64,000 nucleotides of DNA from contig CAWDOY010000045.1 of the NCBI GenBank assembly GCA_963803975.1, positions 50,684 to 114,683 of the forward strand, read 5' to 3'. Made by a program: the position numbers and the translations under genes. This document shows positions 11,538 through 25,549 of this stretch, in pieces (the first letter of the stretch is position 1; every line of letters starts with the position of its first letter). This DNA is from an uncultured delta proteobacterium. Lineage in GTDB: Bacteria > Desulfobacterota > WTBG01 > CAIYCZ01. The notes below the pieces were generated by a model, which saw only the letters and a program-made list of their open reading frames with translations, made no database searches and was not told where the DNA came from.

Positions 11538-13136
11538 ATGCTGAAGAACATGAAATGGAGGGCAATCCTCTATGCCGTAATTAATCTGGTGGCGTTGGTG
11601 TATCTTCTGCCCACGTTTGTTAAAATGCCCACCTGGTGGGAAGATTACCTGCCCTCGGAAAAAATATCTCTCGGCCTTGACCTGCAGGGCGGCATGCACC
11701 TGATCCTCGGGGTTGAGACTGAAAAGGCGGTGGAGAATACGGTTGAGCGCTACGGCACGGACCTTGAAGAGATGTTTTTCAATGAGCGCATCCCGTTTGA
11801 CCATGTGAAAAAAATCGCCAAAGACCGTATTGAGGTGCAGATCGTTGATCCTGCTGCCCGTGATAAAGCGGGTAAGCTTCTGGAAGATAAATTTTCCGTC
11901 ATGAAAAAGGTGAAGGTGGAAGAGACCAAAGACGGCATTATCTATATACTGGAGCTCGACAAGCGGGAAGCAGAGCAGATAAAGAAATCAGCCACCGAGC
12001 AGGCGCTGGAAACGATCAGAAACCGGATTGACCAGTTCGGCGTTGCCGAGCCGACCATACAGCAGCAGGGAGATGACCGCATTCTCATCCAGCTCCCCGG
12101 TATAAAAGATCCCAAGCGGGCACTTGATCTCATTGGCAAAACAGCGCTCCTGGAATTTAAAATCCTCGACGAAGAGGGCAACCTTGACGACGCCCTTAAA
12201 GGCAATGTTCCGCTGGACGATCAAGTCCTCTACCAGCGGGAAGTAAACCGCGAAACCGGCGAAGTGAAAAAAGTGCCGTTCCTGCTGAAAAAGAAGACGC
12301 TGCTCACCGGAGACCGCCTGGTAAATGCACAGGTGCGCATTGAGAGCCAGTTCAACGAGCCGTATGTGTCCCTGGAGTTCGATGCCCGGGGGGCGGCCAT
12401 GTTTGAAAAGATTACTGAGAAATATGTTAACAAGCGGCTTGCCATTGTTCTTGACAACAATGTCTATTCTGCGCCGGTCATTAAGGAAAAAATATCAGGC
12501 GGCAATGCCCAGATATCAGGCCGCTTTACCCCGGAGGAGGCCCGGGATCTGGCCATAGTGCTGCGCGCGGGATCATTGCCGGCCCCGGTTACCATTCTGG
12601 AGAAAAGGACGGTGGGGCCTTCCCTCGGTCAGGATTCAATTGACAAGGGACTGCTCGCAATGATTATCGGCAGCATTGCCACGTTTCTGTTTATGCTTGT
12701 CTACTACCGGTTATCCGGACTGGTTGCAAATTTTGCCCTGGTGCTGAACATTCTCCTGCTCCTTGCGGTACTGGCGGGATTCCGCGGCACGCTGACGTTG
12801 CCCGGCCTTGCCGGTATTGTGCTTACCATCGGCATGGCGGTCGATGCCAACGTGCTCATCAACGAGAGAATAAAAGAAGAGATGCGTTCCGGCAAGACCC
12901 TGAAGGCCTCGATAGACGCTGGGTACACGCGGGCCTTTCTTACCATCATGGACTCCAATCTCACCACCATTATTGCTGCAATTTTTCTCTTTCAGTTCGG
13001 CACCGGTCCGGTTAAGGGGTTTGCTCTGACCCTGACGATCGGCCTTCTGGCAAATATTTTTACCGCGGTCGCAATAACGCGGCTGATTTTTGATTACTTT
13101 GTTATTGAGCGGCGTATTAAAACTTTAAGTATATAG
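11538..13136 (+). CDS. secD: Protein translocase subunit SecD
   Basis: LGLDLQGG, RIDQFGVAEP, VGPSLG, GMAVDAN. Confidence 0.97.
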   Translation: MLKNMKWRAILYAVINLVALVYLLPTFVKMPTWWEDYLPSEKISLGLDLQGGMHLILGVETEKAVENTVERYGTDLEEMFFNERIPFDHVKKIAKDRIEVQIVDPAARDKAGKLLEDKFSVMKKVKVEETKDGIIYILELDKREAEQIKKSATEQALETIRNRIDQFGVAEPTIQQQGDDRILIQLPGIKDPKRALDLIGKTALLEFKILDEEGNLDDALKGNVPLDDQVLYQREVNRETGEVKKVPFLLKKKTLLTGDRLVNAQVRIESQFNEPYVSLEFDARGAAMFEKITEKYVNKRLAIVLDNNVYSAPVIKEKISGGNAQISGRFTPEEARDLAIVLRAGSLPAPVTILEKRTVGPSLGQDSIDKGLLAMIIGSIATFLFMLVYYRLSGLVANFALVLNILLLLAVLAGFRGTLTLPGLAGIVLTIGMAVDANVLINERIKEEMRSGKTLKASIDAGYTRAFLTIMDSNLTTIIAAIFLFQFGTGPVKGFALTLTIGLLANIFTAVAITRLIFDYFVIERRIKTLSI

Positions 13137-13150
13137 AAAGGAACGGTCCT

Positions 13151-14071
13151 GTGGAGCTGATCAAGCCAAATACCAAATTCGATTTTATCGGGAAAATACG
13201 CTATGCGCTCATTCTCTCCTGGGTGCTCATTATCGTCGGCGTCATTTCCATGATAGCAAAGGGCGGCCCGCGATACGGCATAGACTTCAAGGGCGGCACC
13301 CTGCTGCAGATTAAGTTTGCCAAACAGGTCACCGCGGGCGATCTCAGGAGCGCGCTCAAGGAGATGGGCGTGGAAAATGGGTCGGTGCAGGGAGTCGGTG
13401 CTGAATCCGACCATGAGTTCATGGTCAATTTTGAAACCGAGCAGGCGGACCTGGAGGAGTTTTCGCAGAAGGTGAGCGAGAATTTTGTTAAAAAATTCGG
13501 CAAGGACAGCTTTGAAATCAGGCGCGCGGAAATTGTGGGGCCCAAGGTCGGTAAAGATCTGCGGGAAAAGGCGCTCCTGGCAGTGGGCCTTTCCTGTCTT
13601 GGCATGCTCATCTATATATGGTTCCGGTTTGAGTTGCGGTTCGGTTTGGGGGCAATCGTTGCCCTGATCCATGACGTGCTCATCACCATGGGGATACTTT
13701 CTCTTACTGACACCCCGATTGATCTGCCGGTGGTGGCGGCACTTCTGACCATTGTCGGCTTTTCAGTCAACGATACTATCGTGGTCTGCGACCGCATCCG
13801 GGAAAATATGCCGAAGATGACCAAGCAGAAACTCACCGACATAATAAACATAAGCGTCAACCAGACCCTGAGCAGGACCATCCTTACCGGCGGCTGCGCT
13901 ATTATGGCACTCATCGCCTTGTATGTTTTTGGCGGGGTTGTTATCCATGACTTTGCCTTTACCATGCTCATAGGAATATTAATAGGCACCTATTCATCTG
14001 TTTATGTTGCCTGCCCGGTGGTCATTTTCTGGGAAAAGCTGTTTGCGCCAAGGGAACAGCGTCGGCGATGA
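13151..14071 (+). CDS. secF: Protein translocase subunit SecF
   Basis: GIDFKGG, VGPKVG, GFSVNDTIVVCDRIRE. Confidence 0.97.
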   Translation: MELIKPNTKFDFIGKIRYALILSWVLIIVGVISMIAKGGPRYGIDFKGGTLLQIKFAKQVTAGDLRSALKEMGVENGSVQGVGAESDHEFMVNFETEQADLEEFSQKVSENFVKKFGKDSFEIRRAEIVGPKVGKDLREKALLAVGLSCLGMLIYIWFRFELRFGLGAIVALIHDVLITMGILSLTDTPIDLPVVAALLTIVGFSVNDTIVVCDRIRENMPKMTKQKLTDIINISVNQTLSRTILTGGCAIMALIALYVFGGVVIHDFAFTMLIGILIGTYSSVYVACPVVIFWEKLFAPREQRRR

Positions 14072-14087
14072 GGGAGAGCGGTATAGC

Positions 14088-15312
14088 GTGATTTCAGTCA
14101 CTGAAGCGGTCACAACGATTTTAAAAGAAATAGCGGTGCTGGGCACTGAGCGGGTTGCCATCACCGGCGCACTTGGCCGCGTGCTTGCTGAAGATATCAG
14201 CGCCCCATTCAATATCCCGCCGCTTGACAACTCAGCAATGGACGGCTATGCGGTGCGCTTCTCTGACATCCGGGGCGCATCAGCACAACACCCGGCGCAG
14301 CTGAAGATTCTGGGGGATATACCCGCAGGCTACAGCGCATCGACGCCCATTAGCGCCGGAGAGACCTACCGGATCATGACCGGCGCCCCTGTTCCGGAAG
14401 GGCGCTGACACGGTGGTGATGCAGGAGGACACTCGGGCCCATGACCAGACCGTGGAAATCCTCAATGAGTGCTCCTGCGGCTCCCACATCAGGCGGGCGG
14501 GCGAGGATATTAAATCCGGCGACAGCGTTGTAACCAGCGGCACCGTATTGCGGCCGGCGCATATCGGCGTTCTGGCCTCCATTAAAAAATCACTGGTGAC
14601 GGTCTATCAGCGGCCGCGGGTTGCCATTATTTCCACCGGCGATGAGCTGGTTGATGTTGATGAAGAGCTCACTGCGGGAAAGATTGTGAGCAGCAACAGC
14701 TATTCTTTATATGCGCTGGTGCTTGATAGCGGAGCCATTCCCGTAAGTTTGGGAATTGCCCGGGATACCAGGGAAGCGCTCAGGGAAAAATTTCTGGCAG
14801 CGCTCCATGCAGACATGATTATTTCCTCCGGCGGCGTGTCAGTGGGCGACTATGATTTTGTAAAAGATGTCATGCAGGATCTCGGCGTTGAAATGAAGTT
14901 CTGGAAGGTTGCCATGCGACCCGGGAATCCCCTGGCCTTCGGTGTTATCAGCGGGAAGCCGGCCTTTGGCTTGCCGGGAAACCCGGTCTCGGTGATGGTT
15001 TCGTTTGAGCAGTTTGTCCGGCCCTCCATTCGCAGGATGGGCGGCCACCAGAAACTGTTCAGGCCGGTGATAGAGGCAACAGCCCTGGAAAAAGTGGACA
15101 CGCGGCAGGGAAGACACTATTTTATAAGATGCATGGTACGCAAAACAGACGCCGGCTATGTTGCTACCACGACCGGAGAGCAGGGCTCTGGCATGCTCAT
15201 GTCCATGGCAAAGGCCACCGGGCTGATGATGGTCCCGGCAGACCGTGAAGGGGTAAAGGCGGGAGAAAAAGTAACGGTGCAGATTCTGGACCAGGATTTT
15301 GGCATACTCTGA
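14088..15312 (+). CDS. moeA: Molybdopterin molybdenumtransferase (frameshift near 14400)
   Basis: SAMDGYA and RIMTGAPVP, then a shift into VMQED, STGDEL, SGGVSVGD, LPGNPVS. Confidence 0.92.
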
Positions 15313-15344
15313 AACACTTTATTACTTGAGCCTGAAGGAGCATA

Positions 15345-18109
<2,765 letters not shown>

Positions 18110-18141
18110 TGCGCAGGGCGGTAAACGTTCGGGAGGCTGTT

Positions 18142-20825
18142 TCAGGGTATTGGCAGGTAGATATCAAAGGTTGCTCCGATACGCCTCGCCCTTCCGCAGA
18201 GTAATATGACCGCCGTGGAAGGCAACAATCTGATTGCTCATCGCGAGGCCCAGGCCTGATCCCTGTGACTTGCGGGTAAAAAACGGGTGAAAAATTTTTT
18301 CCGCATCGCTCTCAGAGATGCCCACACCCGTATCGGCAAAGGTAATCTTTACCCAGTGATCCTCCACCAGCGTGCCGACGGTCAGGGTGCCCCCGTCTGG
18401 CATGGCATCAATTGCATTCCGCAGCATATTGAGAAAAGCTTCTTTGAACTGATCACTGTCCACGGTGACCGGGGGAATATCCTGCGCATACTGTTTTATT
18501 ACCGTGATCGCGCGGGAGGTGAACTCTTCAGCGAGCATTTCAAGAGTATTCTCCAGCAGCTCATTGATACCCACCGGCCGGAGACTGGGCTCACGGGGAC
18601 GCACAAAGTCAAGGATCTCGTTCAGGAGCACTTCCAGCCGGTCAATCTCTTCAATAATTATCTTCAGATACTTGTTTATTGCGCTGTTGCCGGATTCCTT
18701 TTTAAACAGCCGCCGGGCAAAACCGCCGATAGCAGTGAGCGGGTTTCTGATGGCATGCGCAACCATGGCAGACATTTCCCCCACCGCCGCGAGCTTTTCA
18801 GTCCGGACGAGACGGTCTTTATTTTCCTGAAGCTCCTGGTAGGCACGGTTCAGCTCAACTACTTTCTCCTGAATATTCTGGTACAGGTTGGAATTTTCTA
18901 TGGCCAGGCTGGCATTGTTGGAAAAGATGCGAAGCCGCTCTACGTCACGGTCCTCAATGGGCTTCTGGGTGATAGTGTTATCAGCCCAAAGGACCCCCAG
19001 CACCTTTTCCCGGGAGACCAGGGGAACCACAGCAAAGGCATTGCAGTGCAGCGTTTCTATCAGTTCCCGCGGCACTAATGGATGTGCTGCAGCATCTACG
19101 ATGTTGAACGGCTTGCAGGCAGTCACTACGTTGGTGAGGATATTCTCGCTGCCCTGAAGCGGGATTCTAATCTGCCGCACGAGTTCATTGACATAGGAGT
19201 CGACGTTTTCCTGCTGCCGGGTATAGGAGTAGAGCATCTCTTTTAAGGTCATCTGTCTGCCCAGGATTTCACTCCACACCCGGTGTGCTTCTTCAGCATG
19301 TGCCGGGCCGACGGCAACTTTACCTTCAAGGTACGAGCCAGCATCATTGATCAGGAATAAAAATGCCCGGTTAAACCCCAGTCCGTGATGTGACGTTGCT
19401 CCCACCAGAATGATGTCCAGCACCAGTTCCAGCTCCATGGTGCTGGCCAGTGCTTCTCCGATTTCGTTTAAGATGGAGAGCTCGGCAACCTTTTCATTGA
19501 GCCGCTGCTGGGATTGGGTGAGCTCAAAGGTTCTTTCTTTTACCTTTTCCTCCAGGGTGGCGGTATATTCCTGGAGCTTTTGTTCCAGCTTTTTTCTTTT
19601 AGAGATATCCCGGATAATGGAAGTAAAATATGTTTCGATATCCCGCTCAAACACTGAAATGCTGAATTCAATGGGAAAGGTTGTCCGGTCTTTTTTAATG
19701 CCCCAGGATTCCAGTGTCTTGCCAATAGGGTTGGAGATGTGCCCGTCGCGAATATGGACGCTGGTCTGCGCAACCTGCCAGATTTCCCGGGGCGTGAGCA
19801 ACGCTATATTTTTTCCTACAATTTCTTCCCGCTTATAATCGAAAACTTCCTCGGCGGTTTTATTAACATAAATTATAGTGCCGTCCCGGTCCGTTGAAAT
19901 TATGGCATCACTTGCTGTTTCTAAAAAAAGATGCAGCCGTTCCTGTGAGTAATTAAGATCGCGGGTCCGGTTCGTAACCTCCTGCTCCAGTTGCTGTGCA
20001 TACTTCTGCAGCTGCTCTGCAGCTGCTTTTCTCTCAGAAACATCCCGGATAATTGCCATAATGATGCTGCCGGCTCCGGTCTTCTGGACAGAATAGGTTA
20101 TTTCTGAAGGAAACGTTGTGCCGTCGCTTTTCAAGCAGCGGCCCTCAATCATTGTTTTATGTAATGCTGAAGCATGCTCTCCCGAGAGGAGCTGCTGAAA
20201 ACGCTGCAGCTGCCCGGGCAGCGTTTCAGGCGGTGTTAACACATGGAATTTTTTATCCCGGATATCCTCTTCCGTGTAGCCGAAGAGTTCCTGGGCTTTT
20301 TTATTGAAGAGCAGTATATTGCCGTCGCTGCTGCATGAGATAATGGCATCATTGGCATTGTCTATGAACTGATAATACTGCTGCTGGAGATCTTTTAATT
20401 TGTTTTCAGTGCCGGCTTTTTCCGAGACCGGTTCAGCAAGCTCCATAATCCCCTGTATGTTCCCCTGGCGGTCAATGACCGGCGTGCAGGTTATGTTATA
20501 AAAATGCGGGTTCTGTGAGACCAGCGCCTCTTTCAATTATTGCCGAATGGATCTTCCCGTCCTGCAGGCAGAGCGCGGCCGGGCATTCGGGGCAGGGTGC
20601 TGCGCCGGCAGGCGCATAAAAAAAGGTGTAGCAGAGCGCACCGTCTTCTGCCCTGGCCTCGGGGAACCATTCCAGAAATTTTTTATTTACCTCGAGCACG
20701 GTAAAATCAGGGGTAATGAGGGCGAACCCGTACTGCGCCGTGTTTATAAGGGAGCCGAGGAAGGAATCCTTTATTTTTGCAAATTCCTTTTTGAGGTAAT
20801 GGTGAGGGTCTTTTGCTGACATCAT
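18142..20825 (-). CDS. PAS-PAS-PAS-GAF sensor histidine kinase (frameshifts near 20535 and 18180)
   Basis: PAS motifs, GAF domain, H-box AHAIRNPL, N/G boxes NAIDA, DTGVG, GSGLGL; C-terminus GATFDIYLP in the shifted frame. Confidence 0.9.
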
Positions 20826-20960
20826 AAGATCTTATGCTATCGATGGTTGCGTGCGTCGCTGTCCCTTTTTATAATTTAATTATAGCTGAAAACAAGGGAG
20901 GCGAAAACAGAAAAGATGACCGCGGCATGAAAGAGTGGCGGGGTATACGGGGGATAGTGT

Positions 20961-21004
20961 AAAAAAAATGGAGAGGCGTGCGGTGCACGCCTCTCCATTT
21001 TTTT
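20961..21004. terminator. Bidirectional intrinsic terminator
   Basis: aaaaaaaatggagaggcgtg-cggtg-cacgcctctccattttttt, a long perfect stem. Confidence 0.85.
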
Positions 21005-21022
21005 AAAAATACTGCTCAGGTG

Positions 21023-21103
21023 TTACTTTTTTCCCTTTTTGGCTGCTGGTTTCTTCTTCGCGGCCGCTTTCTTGGGTGCTGCTTTTTTCTTGGCTGTTGC
21101 CAT
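21023..21103 (-). CDS. 26-aa Lys/Ala-rich basic peptide (histone H1-tail-like)
   Basis: Minus strand reads MATAKKKAAPKKAAAKKKPAAKKGKK*, with a GGGGGG RBS 7 nt upstream and a terminator just downstream; too short for the ORF track. Confidence 0.75.
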   Translation of the reverse strand: MATAKKKAAPKKAAAKKKPAAKKGKK

Positions 21104-21175
21104 GGTGTTACCCCCCTAAGAGTTTGGTGGTTAGTGGGTACCTTCGCTACTTGCGGAAATGAAATTTTCTTTAAG

Positions 21176-21227
21176 TAGCCTATCTAGTGTTGAAAATATA
21201 CTTATACTCCAACATATAGTATGTCAA
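21176..21227 (-). promoter_or_regulatory. Putative sigma70 -35 (TTGACA) adjoining tandem NrdR-box-like motifs
   Basis: tgtcaa at 21222-21227; motifs cctatctagtgt and caacatatagtat with TAGT cores 32 bp apart. Confidence 0.45.
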
Positions 21228-21269
21228 GTTTTTTTTTCAATAAAATGAAAAAAAATAAAAATAATTTTT

Positions 21270-22587
21270 TCAGATCATTTTTTCTTGAGAGAGTATAAGC
21301 CGTAACTCGGTACCGGGGTGTAACACCGTGCCTTTCAATTTGTTCCAGCGTTTAATCTGTTCCGGCTTGATATGATGGGTTCGGGCGATGCTCCAGAGCG
21401 TGTCGCCAGGCTTCACGAGATACACAGTGTCGTGCTGATCCGTTTCTTCCTGGGTGTACGCAACTTCCTGAAGGCGAGGACTGCGAGCTGCTTCTCCGTC
21501 AATAACAGCAGCAGTCTGCGGTGCAGCAGACAATCCGGCAGATGCAGTAAAAAAGCGCTCCCGTGTACCCTGCGGAATATGCAGCGCGAAATCAGGGTAA
21601 TTGGGCGGCGTTGTGTTTTTTCTGATAGCAGGGTTGAGCTGTTTCATGTCGCTCACGGAGCATCCGCTAAACTGTGCAGCGCGTTTCAGATCGGTTGCCT
21701 GGTCAATGGTAACCGTATCGTAGCGGACGGGCCGCTGATAGTGAAGATCAGTGAAGCCATAAGCAGCAGGATTTTTGGCAATGGTCACTATGGCAATCAG
21801 CTGCGGTACAAAGTTAATCGTTTCGCACTTGAGATTTGAGCGCTTTGGTAATGTCCCAGAACTCGGTACTGTTGTTTTTGCAAATAGCCTTTCTAATGGG
21901 CAGCTCTCCGGCATTATATGCGGCAACTGCCAGATGCCATGAACCAAACGCTGCATAGAGCTGTTTTAAATAACATGCTGCTGCCCGGGTTGATTTTTCA
22001 AAATCCAACCGCTCATCCACCCACCGGTCAATGCGCAGCCCGCAGTGCTGAGCTGTGCCGCGCACAAATTGCCACATGCCAGCTGCATGATTTTTCGAAT
22101 AGGCCTTTACATTGAAATTGCTCTCCAGCAGCGCCAGATACGCAAGCTCCGCTGGGATGTGCTCCCGCTCAAACACCGCGGTTATATACGGCAGATACGC
22201 AGCCGATTTTTCCAGTGATGCCTTGAAATGCTCCCGTGCTTTCCCCTGATACAGGGCAAGATAATGATCTACCTGCCGGTTGCGCACGAGTACCAACGAA
22301 TGCGGTGCCCGGTCCTCCTGCTCTTTGTTGAGCTGCACCAGCATTTCGGGAATCAGGTCTTCGGGCGGAATACGGCAGAGCCCCCGCTCCGGCAGATAAT
22401 CCGCAGCTAAAAAGAAATCATCAGTAAACGAAAATGCTGCGGGATCCAGCACTTCTTCGTCCTGATAATGGCCTGACATAAAGGGAGCGGTCAGAATTGT
22501 GGGGAAATTCTGGGTGATAGTCTGACAACCATATAGAACAAAGAACATGGTTAACAGGAATAGCCAGAGGCGAGATTTTGTCTCCAT
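21270..22587 (-). CDS. mltD: MltD-like lytic murein transglycosylase with LysM, lipoprotein (frameshift near 21830)
   Basis: LES catalytic motif, AAGMWQF, AAYNAGE, ETINFVPQLIA, LysM VKPGDTLWSIAR. Confidence 0.88.
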
Positions 22588-22884
22588 GGGCTATCCTCCT
22601 TTGCTGACAAAATTAATAATGGCGTTTGTGCTGCACAATACAGAGCAGGTGCTTGCGCTGCTGGCAAAACAGAATTATATTTTCAGGATGAGGCTTGTTA
22701 AAACAAGCAGCTCACCTGCAGCGTCATGCCGGAACAAGGTTTCACCGTTAGGTACAGCTTTTCCCTTCCCGTGTGTGCAGCGATTTGAGCAGTGCCTGAT
22801 ACTTAAGGCAGCGTAATTGTAATATTGGGGCAAAAAGGAGAGAGGTAAACGTGGTATTATTATGTAGAGGTGTTTCTCCCTAAT

Positions 22885-23005
22885 TGCCTCCAAGAGCCTA
22901 CGAGGTTAGCTGACGGGCTCGGGCTTGGAGGTGCCCTGCCTTCTGTTTGAAGGCTTCGCCCCGATTATTGGATTCCCCGCATCCGCGCGTGCAGATTTCG
23001 GCTGA
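22885..23005 (-). ncRNA. Cyclic di-AMP riboswitch (ydaO/yuaA class)
   Basis: Minus strand: gccgaa...gcggggaatcc...ggggcgaa...cccgagcccgtcagctaacctcgtaggc, the hallmark ydaO motifs; upstream of a cell-wall hydrolase. Confidence 0.85.
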
Positions 23006-23167
23006 CAATTAATTGAGTATAGTAATTACATTATTTAGCACAAAGATGTCAAGTCTTATTTTAAAGAGTACGCTTACGCACGCAGCTGCGCGCTTTCAGC
23101 TAAAAAAATATATTTATTTGAGAGCGGGGATTTTACGTCGTTGGTATACTCACCCTGCCCACGGTAG

Positions 23168-24349
23168 CTATGTGAAATACTTGTCTGCCAGCTTCTTAAA
23201 TCCCGGCAGCGCACCCTCAATGACCCAGTCTTCGACACAGTAGGCAATTCTGAAAAACCCCGGGCTGCCGAAGCCGTTGCCGGGTACGGTGAGAATTCGT
23301 TCCTGCTGCAGCTCCCGGACAAACTCGATATCATTAATGGGCGTCCGGGGGAACAGGTAGAACGCTCCTTCAGGTTTAATGAGCCGGTACCCCATTTTCT
23401 GCAGCGCAGTGCACAGCAGGTCCCGCTTGCGCTGATATATAGTTATATCTACTGCCATGCCCTGCAGCTGCTGCACAACCCGCTGGGCAAATGCCGGGGC
23501 ATTGACAAACCCGAGCGTTCTGTTGCAGAAAATCATGCCGTTTAGGAGCTGCTCCAGAGGCGTTGCGTCAGGGTTCACGGCAATAAATCCCAGACGCTCA
23601 CCGGGAATGGACAGGTCCTTGGAGTAGGAAGTTATCAGGATGCTGTTGCGATAGGCAGCAAGGATGCTGGGAACAGTTACCCCGTCATAGACTATTTTAT
23701 TATAGGGCTCATCTGAGATGAGATAGATCTCTTTGCCGAATTCCCGCGATTTATTTTCCAGGAGCCGGGCCAGCCCGGTTATGGATTCTTTATTATAGAC
23801 CCTGCCGGTGGGATTGTTGGGAGAGTTAATGAGCACTGCCCTGGTTTTCGGGGAGAGGGCGGCCTCTATTTCATAAAGATCCAGGGAAAAGTCTTCCTTT
23901 GTTTTTACCAGCCGGGATACACCCTGATAGTTATCTATATAGAAATTATATTCAACAAAATACGGCCGGGAGATAACCACTTCATCACCCGGGTCGAGCA
24001 GGGTTTTCAGAACCACATTCAGGGCCCCGCCAGCGCCGCAGGTCATGATGATATGCTTGCCGAATATTTCCTTCCCGTGCTCTTCTGAAAGATATTCCGC
24101 AACCGCGTCACGGGTTTCAGGATACCCGGCATTTGACATATAGCCATGCCTGCCGGGCATTCTCTGGGCGGCAAGGGCCGCAAAGACTTCAAAAAATTTC
24201 TCCGGCGGCTCGAGGTTGGGATTGCCGAGACTCAAATCAAATACATTTTTTTCGCCGAACTCTTTTCTGAGAGCTGCTCCCTCCTCAAACATTTTACGTA
24301 TCCAGGATGCATTTTCCATGAACTGTTGAATTTTTTGTGATATTGCCAT
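23168..24349 (-). CDS. PLP-dependent class I (aspartate-type) aminotransferase
   Basis: NSPNNPTG, SDEPY, SYSKDLSIPGERLG. Confidence 0.93.
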   Translation of the reverse strand: MAISQKIQQFMENASWIRKMFEEGAALRKEFGEKNVFDLSLGNPNLEPPEKFFEVFAALAAQRMPGRHGYMSNAGYPETRDAVAEYLSEEHGKEIFGKHIIMTCGAGGALNVVLKTLLDPGDEVVISRPYFVEYNFYIDNYQGVSRLVKTKEDFSLDLYEIEAALSPKTRAVLINSPNNPTGRVYNKESITGLARLLENKSREFGKEIYLISDEPYNKIVYDGVTVPSILAAYRNSILITSYSKDLSIPGERLGFIAVNPDATPLEQLLNGMIFCNRTLGFVNAPAFAQRVVQQLQGMAVDITIYQRKRDLLCTALQKMGYRLIKPEGAFYLFPRTPINDIEFVRELQQERILTVPGNGFGSPGFFRIAYCVEDWVIEGALPGFKKLADKYFT

Positions 24350-24478
24350 ATGCTTCTCCTTGCGTAGTATATATCCGTTAAGAACCAGAAAGTTTTTACC
24401 TAAAAAACAGTATTTGTAAAGTAAAATATATATATCTTACTCATGCACCAGAGCGCTGAGTAAGTGAGGAGCCAGCAC

Positions 24479-25549
24479 ATGGAAAAGCCGCGCATCCTGT
24501 TTATGGGTACGCCCCGGTTTGCTCTGCCTTCCCTGCAGGTAGTAATTGAGCGCGCAGAAACCGTTATCGGCGTGGTAACCCAGCCGGACCGCCCATCCGG
24601 GAGAGGCCAGCAGGTGGTAATGCCTCCGGTCAAGGAACTGGCAATGCGCCATAACCTGCCTGTTTATCAGCCGTTAAAAGTTCGGGAGCAGCACTTTATA
24701 CAGCAGGTGCAGGCACTTTCTCCTGATCTTATCGTGGTGGTAGCATTCGGACAGATTCTTCCCCGTGCGCTTCTTGACATCCCGCCTCGCGGCTGCATCA
24801 ATGTCCATGCATCGCTTCTACCTGCGTACCGGGGCGCAGCCCCTATTAACTGGGCACTTATCAATGGTGAAACAGTAACAGGGGTGACCATCATGCTCCT
24901 TGATGAAGGAATGGACACCGGGGATATTCTTCTCCAGAAGGCAGTTTCAATACTTCCAGATGATACTGCTGCCACGACCCATGACCGTCTTGCCGAAAGC
25001 GGAGCCGTTCTTTTAGGAGAAGCTCTTGACGAGCTTAGAAGCAATGGGTGGAAGAGAATTCCGCAGGACCATACGCAGGCAACCTATGCACCGCTCATGA
25101 AAAAAGAGGACGGGTGCATTGCATGGAGCAAAAGCGCCCGCGAGATTCACAATCAGGTCCGCGGCATGAATCCCTGGCCCGGTTGCTTCACCTTTTTCCG
25201 GGGTAAGCAGTTAAAGATTTATCACACTGAAGTTTTGGCGGACAAAACCGGCGATGTGCCGGGGAAAATAACCGCCGTCGGAGACAGGGGGGTTGAAGTT
25301 GCAACCGGCAGCGGCACACTGCTGATACAGGAGCTGCAGATTGAAGGGAAAAAAAAGATGCCTGCAGGGGAGTTTATTAAAGGACAGGAAATCAAGGCGG
25401 GAGAAGAATTTACGACGCAGCGTGAAGGAAAAGGGTCCACCCAATGCGCCAGATGCGTTAGCACGTGCGAGAGGATGCGGAATCTAAGGCTCCGAGTTTT
25501 ATCAATACCACTTGAACCCTTGAATCCTGGGCCCTTGAACCCTCTATAG
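24479..25549 (+). CDS. fmt: Methionyl-tRNA formyltransferase (C-terminus probably over-extended through a repeat)
   Basis: FMGTPRFA, VVTQPDRP, NVHASLLPAYRGAAPI. Confidence 0.95.
   Translation: MEKPRILFMGTPRFALPSLQVVIERAETVIGVVTQPDRPSGRGQQVVMPPVKELAMRHNLPVYQPLKVREQHFIQQVQALSPDLIVVVAFGQILPRALLDIPPRGCINVHASLLPAYRGAAPINWALINGETVTGVTIMLLDEGMDTGDILLQKAVSILPDDTAATTHDRLAESGAVLLGEALDELRSNGWKRIPQDHTQATYAPLMKKEDGCIAWSKSAREIHNQVRGMNPWPGCFTFFRGKQLKIYHTEVLADKTGDVPGKITAVGDRGVEVATGSGTLLIQELQIEGKKKMPAGEFIKGQEIKAGEEFTTQREGKGSTQCARCVSTCERMRNLRLRVLSIPLEPLNPGPLNPL

Noticed and set aside
14395..14415. Programmed frameshifting in moeA and other split genes
   Set aside because: No consistent slippery motif; the indels are scattered like sequencing errors.
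20978..21178. 66-aa plus-strand Cys/Phe-rich ORF
   Set aside because: It is the antisense shadow of the Lys-rich peptide gene and begins inside a terminator.
22675..22893. 72-aa ORF between the c-di-AMP aptamer and mltD
   Set aside because: It starts inside the aptamer's closing stem and has no recognisable protein features.
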